Assembly (NCBI GenBank): GCA_009103225.1
Contig: RHPI01003009.1
Span: 539,354 to 603,353 of the forward strand
Direction: 5' to 3'
From: Chlorokybus atmophyticus
Lineage: Eukaryota > Plantae > Mesostigma and Chlorokybus algae
DNA: 64,000 nt
Below are positions 63,261 through 64,000 of this stretch, in pieces (the first letter of the stretch is position 1; each line of letters opens with the position of its first letter). The notes beneath the pieces were generated by a model. It saw only the letters and a list, made by a program, of their open reading frames with translations. It was not told the origin of the DNA and did no database searches. The position numbers and the translations under genes are program-made.

Positions 63261-64000
63261 AAGCGTTATGCGACGTCCATCTGCAAAAGGACCAAACATT
63301 GTCAAACAATATAACACAACCATTGTGATTTGCAACTTTCTCGATACAGTGCACCAGGCTCTACATCTACAACTCTTCCCTACCAATATATGTTTGGGAG
63401 GGTGAGGTAGAATGTTCTATGCATTTACAATCGTTCATCGTGTAAACCATAGTTATAACGATGAACGCGTTGCATCGTAGGGCTTAGATGTTTTTGCCAA
63501 ATTTGGACTTGAGGTAGAAATATTGTTTGTGAAAAAAAAGAAATGTAGATCGCTCATCGTGTGTAAAGTAGTAGTAGTATAATCGGAATCGATTCAAGAA
63601 CATTGAGCATGCGACAACGCCTTAACCATTAAGCTACAAGTGCATGTACCAGTAGGGACAAATGAGTCCTTCGTAATTATAGTTTACAACAATGTGCTGC
63701 TTGGCGACTGTCGAGTTGGCGGCGGTAATTGCTGATGGACAGTTGGCGATTGTCCCTTTGATAAACCTATAGGCTGTGCCTATGCATGTATAAGCAGTTA
63801 TAGACTTTACCAATATTATAAACAGATGATCATTAGACAGCCGCAACTCGGCGGCTGCCAGTACGCCAGTATATGTATGGCTGTTCATAAGTTTGTAACC
63901 TTGCTAGGAATTGTCGTTGTCGTAATGCCTGGTATTGAGGCGTGATATGTAGCAGCCAAATTGCGGCTGTCATCGAAACCAGTGTACATGGTTGGGCTGT

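Larger units (their letters stand above)
57700..63400 (+). mobile_element. Degenerate DIRS-order (PAT/kangaroo-like) tyrosine-recombinase retrotransposon; termini not resolved
   Basis: ORF1, RT-RNaseH and MT-like domains on +, tyrosine recombinase on -, no integrase; boundaries approximate. Confidence 0.85.

Noticed and set aside
63634-63888. 84-aa minus-strand ORF near the window end
   Set aside because: No recognisable motif; flanked by stops and cut off from context.

Overview
Eukaryotic nuclear DNA with many short GT-AG introns, most likely from a streptophyte green alga. This is inferred from a PRH/HAT3.1 homolog, NdhV, plastid transit peptides and a plant-type tRNAiMet primer site. Left end (1-13 kb): a young, intact Ty1/copia retrotransposon next to a decayed AcademX-like DNA transposon (DDE + XPG/PIN nuclease + Cys8). 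Middle (14-53 kb): about 11 spliced host genes. These are a small 2-TM protein, a Gdown1/POLR2M-like protein 33 nt downstream of a small Zn-binding ORF, a WAC-DDT ISWI subunit, an unknown plastid membrane protein, a bacterial-type bifunctional Nnr, an Hsp31/DJ-1 protein, a GFA-family protein, a CBM48-NdhV fusion, PTGES2, and a PHD protein with two homeodomains. Right end (53.9-63.4 kb): a solo LTR, a gypsy-like gag remnant and a degenerate DIRS/PAT-like element with an antisense tyrosine recombinase. Best candidates for novelty: (1) a starch-binding CBM48 domain fused to NDH-1 subunit V, with all five splice junctions in frame; (2) a non-metazoan Gdown1-like protein in a probable bicistronic locus; (3) AcademX in a green-plant lineage; (4) an intron-containing bacterial-type Nnr. 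All exon models were assembled by hand and family calls come from recalled motifs; no searches were run. No tRNA, rRNA or CRISPR features were seen.
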